From Octopus sinensis (lineage: Eukaryota), in contig NC_043007.1 of NCBI RefSeq assembly GCF_006345805.1, forward strand, positions 35,588,001 to 35,652,000: a stretch of DNA of 64,000 bases, read 5' to 3'. Both the position numbers and the translations under genes were made by a program. The notes under the pieces were generated by a model. That model was not told the origin of the DNA and ran no database searches. It saw only the letters and a list, made by a program, of their open reading frames with translations. Shown here piece after piece: positions 49,774-63,426 of the stretch (position 1 is its first letter; each line of letters begins with the position of its first letter).

Positions 49774-50414
49774 ATATATAATATATATATATATATACAT
49801 ACATACACACACACACATATATGCATACACACACACACAAATATATATTAGGGTTATGACTTTTTCACAACCTAATAACCCTATACTGTAATTCGATGAA
49901 TAATTTTATAAAAGTCAGGAAACCAACATTTATTTTGCTTCCTTTGAAAACAACGTCATTCCCAACTTATGAAATCGATCACCGCTTTTGACCTAAATCA
50001 TGCAAAATTCTAGGGGTGGAGTTCATTAACGCCTGCTCAAGTTTTTACCAAACTTGGTGTGCTGACTCAATGCAATGTAGATATAGTATATCTGAAATTT
50101 CAGCTTTCTAGTTGAAAATAGGTAAATAGGCCTTAAATCATGCCCCCCCCCTACAGTTTTTGATCAGAGGGGACTCTCTGGTATTAGGACCCCTGAAGCT
50201 TAAGCTTCATTAGTTTTATAGTAGATCCTCCACTGTATACACACACACACACACACACGCACGCACATACACACACATATATATAAAGTCAGGATATTAG
50301 AATTTTCTTATTCTTAAATTTCATCAAACTATTTCTCTGTCATTTATGACCCCTTATCATTTTCCCTTGTGTTGTACTATGTATTCTATAAAAAATGTTT
50401 TGTAGAATGATACA

Positions 50415-50644
50415 TTAACCCTTTTGTTACTGTATTCATTTTGAGATGCTCTGTGTTTCTTTCAATTAATTTTAAATATAACAAAGAATTTAGTAAAATA
50501 ACTCAGTTATCATTAAGCTAGTGTTAGGAACATAAATTGTGACTAAGGTTTGGTGGAAGATTTTAATTCAAAACTTATGAAAACAAGACATTTGTACTAA
50601 AGAGCTGGAGCCGGTTTCAGCCGGGTTGGTAACGAAAGGGTTAA
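50415..50644 (+). mobile_element. piggyBac-like MITE, complete copy
   Basis: TTAA|CCCTTTTGTTAC ... GTAACGAAAGGG|TTAA. Confidence 0.88.
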
Positions 50645-51387
50645 GGAGCTTTTTAATGAGTATTACCGGATTACTTGAATCCATATACTGTGATTTAAAT
50701 ATATGCGTGTATGTATAAGGCACAGGTGTAATACTAGACTTTAAGAAAAAAATATTAGTACTGGAATCAATTCATTCAGCTAAAAATTCTTCATGGCAGT
50801 GTCCCAGTGTGGCTGCTGTCTAAAGACTGTAACAGATAATAGATATACATATATGCACGTGTATAAAATTCTTAAGATAAGCTTAATATGTATGAGGTGG
50901 GGTAAACCTGTCCAGAAAAACCACAGCATGCATTCAACAAATATCAAATAAATGTATCTAATTTTTAATCACTTTTTCTTTTCTCTGATGACAAAGTATT
51001 TCTTGGACAAATCATGTTGTTGTAACCTAACCTCAGGTCCAGCAGACGGACCTGTGGCCATCGACATTTTAGACCAGGAGTTCTTGACCATTTTTTTGTC
51101 TATGGAACCCCTTGGATTACTATTTGATTCCGGTGGACCACCACAGCCATTCAATGTTTAAAAACTAGTTTTATAGATGCTTCTTTCTTTCAAAATTCTT
51201 ATTTTATTTTCCACACATTGACTTGTGTAGGTTGAACTATGTAAAACACTCAAGAAAAAAACCTAGCTGTTTTTTGCAATAAATACCAATACAAATTTTT
51301 TTCAGTGACCCTTAAAATACTATTATGGATCCCCAATTTACTAATTTGTTGCGTGGACCCCAAAAATCTGTTATGAACCCTCAGGGG

Positions 51388-54300
51388 CAGGGTTGCCGAT
51401 TTAGCATATTTTATACTATATCTAGCATTTTTTCTTCTGTATTTATCAGAAAATTTTTGAATTTAGCATTCAGCAGGGAAAATAGCAAGTTTAAAATTTT
51501 ATTTAGCATTTTTCTCTGATCGTGACATTTCCACCATAGTTAACCTTTTTTCTTCTTTGTCCTCCTTTTCTACTTCCGTTAATGTGTTTTATAGCCATAT
51601 TTTAGTACTATCGGCTATTGTTGAATTTTTTTTCACTTTCTTGAAACTGCAAATGAAAGTTTATCAAAAGAAAGTTTATCAAGTTATGAACTTTCCCAGA
51701 CCCCACCCCCCGCCGGCTTTGATACAGAGTGGTGGTGGTGTTGTGTGGCGGGGGGATAACTTGTGTCAGCACCTGAACTCACTGCACAATAATGTAAATA
51801 TGTTGCAAAGAATGAAAGCAAGGAAATTCATCCAAACAATGCTTTATTCTGTAGTGATGAGTTTTTATCAGGACAGGTTGACTGATTTACTTTCACTTTG
51901 ACTGTTTTAAAATAGGCCTGTATTTTATCATGCTTGTTTTGGGTTATATATCTTGTATAGATGTACGGGAATGGTGGAGTCTCCCCTTTTATATTTCTAC
52001 TTCTTTTTTTTTTTTTCAAGGATTGTAGTTATATTTGTGGTTTTACCAATAGATATTAAATGTAAGATTGGAAGCAAATATGATGTTCCCAGGTTTATAT
52101 CAGAACACAGTTTTAGGATTTCTGAAGATTCTGCTTTTCCATTTATAAGTTGGCCACTCTGCATCCTGAATCAGTATTCTTCACCTCAAGAATTTGTAAG
52201 TAGCAAACATAAGAATTGTTAATGACAAATGAAAGAATTGTTAGTGGCAAACTGATAAGTCGTGTTTTCAATTTTATATCTTTATTAAACATTCAATTTA
52301 TTTTCTTGCTTCCCACTACATTATAATGAGCAAAGAAAAAACAAAGTTGTACCAGCAAAAATTCTGAAAGAATGGCTTAAGATGCCAGCATTTACTAAGT
52401 GGTTGAGTGAAGTACCTAAAGCACATTGCAGATATTGTAGATGTAATATGTTGGCAAAATATTCTCTTTTAGTAAGCCACTGTGAAGCAATGAAACATAA
52501 GGCATCAACTCCACAGCAAATGATTCCTCTTACCAATTTTATTGAAGCCAAAAATGATAAGATATCTATGCTTGAAGCAAATTTAGCAATGTTTATTTGT
52601 TGCCACTCATCATTTAATAACTGCGATCACTTAGAGTTATGTAAGAATTATGTCTGATAGTGATATTATATCCAAAGTGAAGTTGCATCGTACAAAATGT
52701 GCAAATATCATAAGAAATGTTCTAGCTCCATACGTTGATGGAGATTTAATTTCTGATATAGGAAATACAAAATTTAGCCGGTTATTAGATGGATCCAATG
52801 ATATATCGATAAACAAATTGTTAGGAATTGTTATCATATATTATAGTGACACTCACAAAAAAGTGGTACAGACATATCTCAGTATGGTATCTTTAGAAAC
52901 AAACATATGATGCAGATGGCATTGTAGATGCATTAAAAATTGAATTAGTGACAAAGAAATTAGATATAAAAAATTTACTGGCTATAGGAACTGACAATAC
53001 TAGAGTAACAATAGGAGTCAACAATGGTGTTTTCCAGAAACTAAAAGAAGTTCCATCATTACTTCTATTTAGATGTATATGTCATTCTTCACAGTTGGCA
53101 GTATCCCACACTTGTGCTGAATGCTTGCCATAAATTTAGAATTTTTAGTATCTGAAACCTATAAATGGTTTTGTCATTCTTCAACAAGACAAAGTGCCTA
53201 CAAACAACTTTACCTTGCTATCAATGATAAAGAGCCTTTGAAGATAGTGAATTCTTGTATAACTAGGTGGCTGTCAATAGAACCAGCTGTAAATAGAATT
53301 TTAAGCTTATGGTTTGAATTGCAAACTCACTTCCAAACTACAGCTACAAAAGAAAAGTGCTTTACAGCACAAACGTTACGTAAAATGTTTTGTGATTCTG
53401 GGAATGAACTTTACCTTTTATTTTTGCATCCAATTTTAAAACATGTTCAGGAAGTGAATAAACTGTTTGAATCAAACACTGTCAACAAAATTTGATCAAA
53501 TCTGTTGCTAATATGATAATGTTGCCAACATGTAGAATTGATCCTCTTGATCCAGATGCTTCTACTGAAAAATTTCTGGATCCTAAACCAAATTTAGGCT
53601 ACAGGTTCAAGAGAAAGATAGCAGAAATGATTACCAAGAAGACTGTAACAGCCACCAAAGAAAACAATATTCACAAAAGTGCACAACAATTTTTACTCTG
53701 CCTTTATAAAGAGCTCAAGCACCGTTTACCAGAAAATATTAATATACTGAGGAATACCAAATGTTTTTCCTTAGAGAATATTTTGCAGCATTTCAAAGAA
53801 CCAATTTTACCTGTCTTAGAAGCAATGCTTTTAAATGAAGAAAGAATTGCTTCAATTGAAATTCACTTTAATAGCATTTGTTTAGTTAAATGGACAAATA
53901 CATCTAACACTGAGGCATTCTGGCTGGAAGTCTTGGAATATAAAGATGGTACTGGAGGAAATCCTTTTAGAGATGTTGCAAATTTTGCCAATAATCTCTT
54001 GACATTGCCAATCTCAAATGCAGAAATTGAACGGTTGAACAAAATTGAACAAAATGCATCTTCCTATGATCAGATCAATACAGTTAATAAAATAAGGCCT
54101 GAAAAGATATGGCAAATGTTGCAAAAACTTTGATATTCCAAAACACATTATTAACAAAATTGTGACCTTGAATGTATACAGAAGTCAAGACCTAGGCACC
54201 ACAGCTGAAAGTGATCAAATCAGTGAAATTCAAGAAATAATTTCTCAATACTGAATATAATTAAAGAAAGTAAATAAAAATGTAAATAAAAATTAAGCTT

Positions 54301-54619
54301 TTTGATATTTAGCATTTTTTTTTTTTTGTAATTTTTCTACTGAAATTTAGCATAGAATTGTGATTTAAAGTTGGCAACACTGAATGAAACAGCTGTCAGC
54401 TTTATAAGGTGGGATCTATAATAAAGATATAATTTCCTCTGTACATATTTTTTGTTGTCAGATGAATTTCTTGAAATTCTGCTAAAGGATATTTGGGTTT
54501 ACCTGTTGTTCATGAGGATTTTTTTTTTTTCTTATTTAGCAATGTTTAGCTTTTTTTTTTCTTTCTATTTTTTCTACTGAAATTAAGCAAAAAATTCTGA
54601 TTTTAAGTTGGCAACACTG
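51388..54619 (+). mobile_element. hAT DNA transposon, 3.2 kb, probably Blackjack-like
   Basis: CAGGGTTGCC...GGCAACACTG TIRs; TSD ctcagggg / ctcaggga. Confidence 0.88.
52323..54040 (+). pseudogene. hAT transposase (BED-like Zn finger, DDE core, dimerisation motif), frameshifted
   Basis: AHCRYC...H..AMKH, LHRTKC, LLDGSND (DESTD-like), IGTDN, CICHSSQL, TRWLS, FWLEV, TLPISNAEIER, spread across several ORF pieces. Confidence 0.9.
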
Positions 54620-55747
54620 CTCAGGGACCATATGGATTCCAGAACCACTGTTTTAGAAGTTGCTTTCCCATCTTAAATTTTGTTTATCTAGGACTCGGAT
54701 CTTTTTAAATTTCTTCCAGCAAATTGAAGTATTTCCATTTTTTCCCCCAGATTTTTTTTTTTTTATGTTGACAGTGTAGTTATCCACACTGATGACGAAA
54801 ATCTGTTAATGTTTTTTTTTTTCCTACAACAGTGTTGTTTTCAGTTGTTGTACACAACTACTTCAGACCTGACTGGGCCGATTTACGTTCAGAAGTTCCA
54901 ACCTTGACCATTGTCATTTTGTAGGCGACTAGGACTACATGACCTAATATATCTTGCCCATTTTTAAGACACTGGCGTGTAGTTCGAGGGTGATTCGGCT
55001 GCTATTTCTAGCAGGCCGACTGAAAACGTAGAGTTTCCCTTGTTGACTCGTGTCAACGTATGTTGTTATTTTTTTAATGACAAGGTCACACACGAGAGCG
55101 TAGTCCATGATCAAAGACGTTATTCAGGGGCATGGTATATCTAGGAATATATAACACTTTGTATCATTCCTTCTTTAGGACAGTCGGGTGCGATTTGAGG
55201 AGAAATTTAACTGATATTTTTAGCTACTAGAGCGACGACGTTATGCCGTCTCGTATGATTGTAAATTGTGACTATTCTACACATGTGTAAATACAAATAC
55301 ATACATATGTGCGTAAGACTCGGAGAAAGAGAGACAGACAGACAGACAAAGAGACAGACAGACAAAGAGACAGAGAGACAGGGAACAAGAGAGGGAGTAA
55401 GAGAGTCAGAGAGAGAGGGAATTAGGGAATGAGGTAGAGAGAGAGAGAGAGAGAGAGATAAAGCTAGAACGTGAGTGAGGTAAGAGGCAGTAATTTCTTA
55501 GGCACAAGGCCATGCAAGTTTAATTCATGCCGTCTCCCCACTTACCCCCTCTAATGCTCTCTCTCTCTATCTCCCCCTGTTCCCCCTTCAACAAACCATT
55601 CAATGTTGTATCTTCTTTCTCTCTCTCTCTCTCTCTCACTCTCACCGTCTTCTTCTATCTCTTCCCTCTTCGCTTTTTGCCGTCACTCCCCTTTCACAAA
55701 ATTACACTTGTCTTCGTCAACATCATCAGCTTTTATACTGAAGTAAA

Positions 55748-55802
<55 letters not shown>

Positions 55803-56148
55803 TATATATATATATATATAAATATGTATATATAAGTAGAGTGGAAGTAGATCTTCAGAGAGAGAGAGAGAGAGAGTCAAAGTGTGAGAGCTATCCTGCT
55901 TACCCACTACCAGTCAGTATATATATATATAATAAGACAGAGGATGATACGTTGCCAGTCGGCGATAAGTTAGACGACAAAAAAAGAAAAAAGAAAAAAA
56001 AGGAAGAAAATAATAATTTTAATCTTTTCCCCCACCACCACCTCCGTTTAATTGTAACGACAGTGATTGTAATATCATGATAGTTGTGACATTTGGACTT
56101 GTTACGCTTTTCACAACTTGATTTTGGAACTTAACATTAACCAAATCG

Positions 56149-56161
56149 ATGGATCCTAACG
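56149..56161 (+). CDS. Possible first coding exon ATG GAT CCT AAC G followed by a GTAAGT donor; unverified
   Basis: Consensus donor G|GTAAGT at 56161/56162 right after an ATG, in unique sequence flanked by GA tracts. No downstream exon identified. Confidence 0.25.
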
Positions 56162-58507
56162 GTAAGTGATAATTAGAGAGAGAGAGATAGAGAGACAGAG
56201 CGAGCGAGAGAGAGAGAATCATTCGTATACATACATATACACACACATTGACACATCCATACAGTTCTGCGATTATGTACACAAACGCATGTGCATGTAC
56301 ACACACTTATGTATATGTATATACATTTAGAGAGAGAGAGAGAGGATATGGAAATGAAAGGGTGGTTTGTTACATACAGAGATGAGAAAGGTGACGATGT
56401 GCAGATAGAGAGATGAATAAACAGAGAGAGAGAAAAAAAGTAGTTATCTAGATTGATAGAGTGTTAGGTAGTTAACGGGTGGGATGTGTGTAGTAAGAGC
56501 AGAAATAGAGAGAGAGAGAGACAGAGAGAACGAGAGAGAGGGTCTTGTGTATTCATTACCTATTTCATGTCGAAGATTCTTGGATTCTTGAAAAACTTTC
56601 TGTCGCCTTTCTTAGTAATCAAATTTGTCGGTTTTCCTCTCTTTTCAACAACAACAACAACAAAAGTTCTAAATGAATTTCTGCGACTATATTCTCTTGA
56701 TTATATCAATATATGAAGTGTTTTTAATTCAGAACAACAAAAACAAAACAGAGTCGCTTACTTAAAATAATTCTTGGCTACACATAAGTGTGTGTTTGTG
56801 TGGAGGAGGGGTATTTATAATTTCTTTTCGGTTTTGGGTGATGGACAAACTTTAAATTAGTGCTTGGATAACTGGGTGGGTTTAATTTATTTACATATTT
56901 AATTTCGCTTTTAATTATGACACAAGCTTAAAAAGTGGCGAGTTGATATGGTTGATTAAACAGGATTTCCAGTACTTGGTTGATATTTGTTTATCGATTT
57001 CTATATACTGACATAATAATTAAAAGAAACTATCGTATTACTTTATAACTGCCATATACGTACATTTTATATGTGTGTGTGCATGTATATATATATTTAT
57101 ATCTTAATGTTTGTTTTTTTTATGTCGATTTTATAATTAAAACACAAATTTACATTAAACTGAAGGATTACTCTATAATACTCCCTGAAGAGTACCTATT
57201 TATTATTCTTTTACAAGAACAGTGTTAGGTTTAGCAAGCCGAAAACTTCGAAGTCACTATCAACAATATTCGTGTAAAAGAATTATGTGTACTATATATA
57301 TATATATCGGCATGTTAATAAATCGAAAATATAATATAAATTATGTCCTTAATTATTGAAACTTAATCACTTATTTCGATGATTTCCGGTATGAAGTAAC
57401 CCGTACTTTTAAAACTAAAACCTCTTCGTTGTCGTAAGACATGGTGGGAATAGCCTCTAGCTTGTTTTAAAAAAGAGGGACAAGATCACAGCAGGGTAAT
57501 ATAGTATGCGCAGGTAAAGTGCAGGAAGGCCACAACTAGAAATACCTTTAATTTTGACAGTACTATCAGGGTCGACCTTATACTAAACAACACAATTGTA
57601 ATCATTAAAATATTTATCGTTCTAGGTACAGTTGTCTTATGAATCTATCTGAGGTATTTACACTTGTTATTTAGCCTCGGGGCAACTCTGATCTAGCAGA
57701 CCTACGATAAAAGTTTCATGTAGTAATCCATATCGTCTAAGTAACAAATTTTAATGAACTGTGGTTCGAGGGAGGGAGATTTGGCTGTTGTATCTAGCGG
57801 ATCGCATAGAGGCCCTGTTGTTGATCCCTGTTTAATTCTGCTCCGCGTCAACTCCAATTGAAAGAAACCTATGATCGAAGATAGCCTACATTATTTAACA
57901 TGTCTTTTCATTTTTTTTTTTTTACCTTGGGGACTATGTAATATGAGTTAGGGAGTAGATTTGGTAGCTATTTCTAGCGGGTCGTGTGACTGCATAGACA
58001 CGCCCTCGTTCGTTCGTCCTTGAACTTGTCATTGTTTTTGCTGTGTCGGTACAGCCCTGTCTTGATCAAGTTGACCGACCGCAGGCACACAAGCAGTTGT
58101 ATAACCCCAACAAGGCAGCCTTGATCAAGAAGGCATCTATAACACGCAGCGGTTAGTTACGCTGCGGTTCCGTTATCAAATCTTTACAATTGGCAGGTTC
58201 TTGTCGTAGTAAGGCCCAAGGTCAATCCTGATTAAGTAAACTATGATAAGAGAGAAGGGTCACAACACAGAGGTGCATGTTCTCAGCTATCCTTGTTTTC
58301 CCCAAACTGAGGACTACCCCCGCTGGCTGTAGACGTCCATACGTATGGATGTTCAGGCTGGAAGATAACTACATGATTGTGAAATAAAGATTGAATGGAA
58401 ACTTCAAGGTTTATTTACTTGTGGGTGTTATGTATGTATATATATATATATATTAATAAATAATATAATATAATATAATATATATATAGGCACAGGTAGT
58501 ATAGTAG

Positions 58508-58842
58508 CTGTGTGGTAAGTAGCTTGCTTACCAACCACATGGTTCCGGGTTCATTCCCACTGTGTGGCACCTTGGGCAAGTGTCTTCTACTATAGCCTCG
58601 GGCCGACCAAAGCCTTGTGAGTAGACGGAAACTGAAAGAAGCCCGTCGTATATATGTGTATATATGTATGTGTATGTATATGTTTGTACCCCCAACATCG
58701 CTTGACAACCGATGGTTCGGCAAAAGTGACCGATAGAATAAGTACTAGGCTTCCAAAGAATAAGTCCTGATGTCGATTTGCTCGACTAAAGGCTGTGCTC
58801 CAGTATGGCCGCAGTCAAATGACTGAAACAAGTAAAAGAGTA
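58508..58842 (+). mobile_element. SINE family A (small internal deletions)
   Basis: Family A head and tail. Confidence 0.85.
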
Positions 58843-58849
58843 TATATAA

Positions 58850-58896
<47 letters not shown>

Positions 58897-58899
<3 letters not shown>

Positions 58900-59132
58900 A
58901 AAACGGTAAGATAACAAAAGAAAGAAAGAACCTCAATATTATGTAAATAGAGGAAATTTATCTATACATTACTCGGTAGTCAAGATAAAACTCTGAGTTT
59001 CAGATGCCGAAGTGGAAATCCACAACACCATCTCTTCGGTTATCTGGCTATTTCCGAAGAGATGGTGTTGTGGATTTCCACTTCGGCATCTGAAACTCAG
59101 AGTTTTATCTTGACTACCGAGTAATGTAACAT

Positions 59133-59135
<3 letters not shown>
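58897..59135. repeat. (TA)n-embedded fold-back element, perfect 74-bp arms (58966-59039 / 59054-59127)
   Basis: Exact reverse complement; near-identical sibling at 62587. Confidence 0.93.
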
Positions 59136-59199
<64 letters not shown>

Positions 59200-59214
59200 C
59201 ACACACACACATGC

Positions 59215-59245
<31 letters not shown>

Positions 59246-59309
59246 TGTATGTATGTACGTGCGTTTGTATATATGTGATATGTATGGATGTATGTATATA
59301 TTTTTTCTT

Positions 59310-59590
59310 TTACATATTTCTGTCATTTGACTGCGGCCATGCTGAGTCACCGCCTTGAAAGCTTTCAGTCGAATAAATCAACCCCCAGGATTTGTTTTTT
59401 AAGCCTAGTACTCATTCTATCGGTGTTTTTTGCCGAACCGCTATTTTACGGAGACCTAAACACCCCAGCACCAGTTGTCATGTGGTGATGGGAGGCACAC
59501 ACACACACACACACACGATGGGCTTCCGTCAGTTTCCGTCTGCCAAATCCTATCGCAAGGCTTCGCTCGGCCTGAGGCTATAGCAGAAGA
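59310..59590 (-). mobile_element. SINE family A, degenerate
   Basis: Reverse complement of the family A body. Confidence 0.7.
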
Positions 59591-59638
59591 AAACAGCTTG
59601 GATTTAGAAATCCGAGCTCTTTCCTCAGTCATTTTACA

Positions 59639-59670
<32 letters not shown>

Positions 59671-60365
59671 TAGGAGAAGAAGAAGAAAGCAAAATCCTTT
59701 AATAGCCGAAAGGATGGGTGAGAATAAGATCAGTATCTGTGATTCCTTCCTGATTCAGTGTCATGCGTAAACTCCCGCTAATTTTCTCCACATTGACATG
59801 TCCGTCCGGGAAACAGATGATCGCACCTTAAGCAAGCGTTTGACGTTTCAATTCAAGAAAAGCCAGACACATGCGTCACATAAACATCACGCACTTAAGA
59901 TAAACACGTACGTGTGCCCCCTCTCTCTCTCTCACTCTCCTCACACACATACACTTACGTACATTTTCACAGACACACACACACACCGGTACCGGAACAA
60001 GTTAAGGTGCTGTCACCGTAGAAACACTTTCTTTTATCAGCTCAACTTTCCAACAACAACAACAACAACTACTACTACTACTACTACTACTACTACATTA
60101 GTTGAAGACAACAGGTCAATGTCACACAGTTCTTGAAATCATTTTTAGTTGATGTTATTGTTGTCGGAAAGACGAGCTTAATTATACGCAAAATGTTAAA
60201 CTTCACACGTGTATGTGTGCGCGCGTTTGTGTATGAGTGTGTACACGCGCACACATTTATCTGTGTCCATGTGTGTCTGTGTCATTATTCAGTTTTATTT
60301 CAAGATTTCTTGCCAATAGAGAAAGAACCCAGATTCTAACCTCGATCCAAGGCTTCTTCATTGGA

Positions 60366-60402
<37 letters not shown>

Positions 60403-60494
60403 GTTTATCTGTCTGTCTGTCTGTCTGTCTGTCTATTTGTCTATCTACTGTCTATCTGTTTGTCTGTCTGTCTGTCTATTTGTCTATCTATCTG

Positions 60495-60588
<94 letters not shown>

Positions 60589-60594
60589 AATCTA

Positions 60595-60627
<33 letters not shown>

Positions 60628-60630
60628 ATA
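60366..60630. repeat. (TATC)n/(TGTC)n microsatellite
   Basis: Directly visible. Confidence 0.95.
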
Positions 60631-61111
60631 TCTATACGTGCAGATTTGTATGTTTTGTTATATATATATATATATATCTATATATATATATATATGTATG
60701 TATATATATATATTTATTCTCATGCATAAAGTTGCATGTCTAGACATGCGCGTATATGCTTAAATGATAAACTTCTGGAAAGTTTTACAGATTTTTACAG
60801 TTCCAATGCATGTACGTATGTATGGACGAATGAGCGAGCAAGCGAATGAACAAACGAAAGAAATTACTCTGCAATAAATAACGTCCAGTATTTAACAGTA
60901 ATTTCCAGTGTTTTCAGCTCTCATATGGATCATAACACCTATGGATTTACTTTGGAGAACTGGAGTATACAGATGTATTTCATGAGCATACCGCTTGGAT
61001 TATTACCCTTTCACTCACACACACATATATTTATACATACTTTATATATATATATTTATTTATACATATATATATATTTGTGGATATATATACATATTTA
61101 TATATATATAT

Positions 61112-61329
61112 GTATTCAAAATGTGACCGCGTGTGTACCGTTGGCAATTTTTTTCCCTCCATCTTCTCATCTCTGGATCTATCCTTTTCCTATGTTTCTG
61201 ACGAAGAGCTCCACTCGAAACGTAAAACCCTCCTTCTTCCCTTCCTTCTTGAGCGTCCAATAATACTATATTTGTTCCACGTCCTCGCGTTGTTGTGTTT
61301 TCTCTTTGTGTTTTCATGTTTGAATTAAC
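61112..61329 (+). mobile_element. (TA)n-embedded short element F1
   Basis: Homologous to 43617-43765; both end ttaac(TA)n. Confidence 0.75.
61194..61228 (+). ncRNA. Minimal type-I hammerhead ribozyme motif, canonical core
   Basis: GTTT-CTGACGA-a-GAG-ctcca-CTC-GAAAC-GTA|AAAC: 4-bp stem I, 3-bp stem II, palindromic ACGT stem III, GUA triplet. Confidence 0.75.
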
Positions 61330-61354
61330 TATATATATATATATATATATATAT

Positions 61355-61387
<33 letters not shown>

Positions 61388-61974
61388 TATATATATATAT
61401 ATATAGACACAGGAGTGGCTGTGTAGTAAGTAGCTTGCTTACCAACCACATGGTTCCGGGTTCAGTCCCACTGCATGGCATTAGGGCAAGTATCTTCTAC
61501 TATAGCCTGACCTTTCTTTCTTGGTTCGGCCATTGTCTGTGCAACATCAATATTCTTCCTTGTGCCTGTGAAATCTTGTACCCCTGCCATAAGGCTTTTC
61601 TTATACACACACCAGCTTAATTTAATTTGTCCTTTGTCGAAAGGCACCTGTTGTTATGTCCTGTTATTTGTATTTGTGTAACTTTCTCCATTTTTTTCCT
61701 TCCTTGTTTTCATATACATTCGCTGCTTTCTTCCAAGGAATCTGATGCTCTTAGCTTAGTTTTTTCCTTGGGGCTGGCCAGATTGGAGCACTCTTGAGTA
61801 TAACCAGCCAAAATTGCAAAGATAATCTGGAACTCAACTGAGGAAAGAAGACTCCGAATGTCCCGTCCTTGCTTTCTTTGTATAGTCTATCTGGATGTTT
61901 TGTTGTCCCTTTCTTGTATCACCTGTCTGGATGTTTTGCGTTCTTGTCCCATTTTGTATTTTTTTACCACATTC

Positions 61975-62230
61975 TTTTCTACTCTAGGCACAAGGGCCGA
62001 AATTTTTGGGGAGGAGGCCAGTCGATTAGATCAACCCCAGTATGCAACTGGTACTTAATTTATCGACCCTGAAAGGATGAAAGGCAAAGTTGACCTCTGC
62101 AGAATTTGAACTCAGAATGTAAAGACAGATGAACTATTACTAAGCATTTTGCCTGGCGTGTTAATGTTTCTGCCAGCTCAACTCCTTAGGACTACTACAT
62201 TCTGTTGGGAAATAAACTTTACTATATGCA

Positions 62231-62264
<34 letters not shown>

Positions 62265-62452
62265 CATGTGTATGTGTGTGTGTGTATCTGCATATATATG
62301 CAATTCTGCCGAGGTCGACTTTGCCTTTCATTCTTTCGGGGTCGATAAATTAAGTGCCAGTTACGCACTGGGGTTGATGTTATCGACTTAATCCGTTTGT
62401 CTGTCCTTGTTTGTCCCCTCTGTGTTTAGCCCCTTGTGAGTAGTAAAGAAAT
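61975..62452. mobile_element. Two SINE family B copies in opposite orientation (61975-62185 minus; 62300-62452 plus)
   Basis: Family B body sequence on each strand. Confidence 0.8.
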
Positions 62453-62544
62453 ATATATGTATATATATGTGTGTATGTATAAATATATTGTATGTACGTA
62501 TTTGTACATATATGTATATACACATGTGTGTGTATGTATGTATG

Positions 62545-62586
<42 letters not shown>

Positions 62587-62778
62587 ATAAAACGGTAAGA
62601 TAACAAAGAAAGAAAGAGACCTCAATATTATGTAAATAGAGGAAATTTATCTATACAATATGTTACATTACTCGGTAGTCAAGATAAAACTCTGAGTTTC
62701 AGATGCCGAAGTGGAAATCCACGGCATCTGAAACTCAGAGTTTTATCTTGACTACCGAGTAATGTAACATATTGTATA
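62587..62778. repeat. Fold-back element, perfect 57-bp arms (62652-62708 / 62722-62778)
   Basis: Same family as 58897 but with a different turning point. Confidence 0.93.
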
Positions 62779-63381
62779 TATATATATATATATATATAAT
62801 AATATATATATATATATATACATACACACACACACACAAACATACACACATAGAGGGCCTGCTTTTGTCAAGAACAAAATGGTGGCCATTTGAAGAATGT
62901 AATTTTGCAAAACTACTTCTAAAGGTTTTCCAAGAAGTGTTATTAGTGTTTATAGAAGAATAAATATGAATATTTTATAATTAAAAGGGTAATTAAATTT
63001 TGCAATGATTCAGTAATTTTGGAGACATTCTGTGTATATTTGTATGTATATACGTGGTGTGTATGTGTTGTGTTAACAAATGACAGACAGGGTACTCGAT
63101 ACAAACAAGTGGAGTATAATTTATTTGGCTAAAAGCCATAACCATTACTTACAAATTTCTGGGAATACAAGCTTCATCAGACAGCAGCCATGGTTGAATT
63201 ATACTGAAACAGAGATTCAAGGAATGATTAATGGCTTTCAGCCAAATATGTATACTATATATATATATATATTTCGTTTTTGATTTATATATATATATAA
63301 TGTATATTTATAATATATATATATATTATGATATTATTATATACATAAATATAATATATATATGTATATTATTATATATAC

Positions 63382-63426
<45 letters not shown>

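Larger units (their letters stand above)
51075..54650. mobile_element. Outer hAT MITE split by the inner hAT transposon
   Basis: CAGGAGTTCT...AGAACCACTG ends; 8-bp flanks ttttagac / ttttagaa. Confidence 0.7.

Noticed and set aside
49850-50236. Possible DNA-transposon fragment ending gatcctccactg|ta
   Set aside because: Only one putative terminus was found, with no matching partner or second copy.
54789-54802. CTGATGACGAAA
   Set aside because: Both core halves are present but there is no stem II and no stem I pairing; likely chance. The CTGATGA at ~12772 and the CTGAGGA at ~58308 were rejected for lacking GAAA.
61838-61865. CTGAGGA...CGAATGTC hammerhead-like string (homologue on the minus strand at 27556-27577)
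   Set aside because: No convincing stem I or stem II in either copy, and GAAA is not intact.
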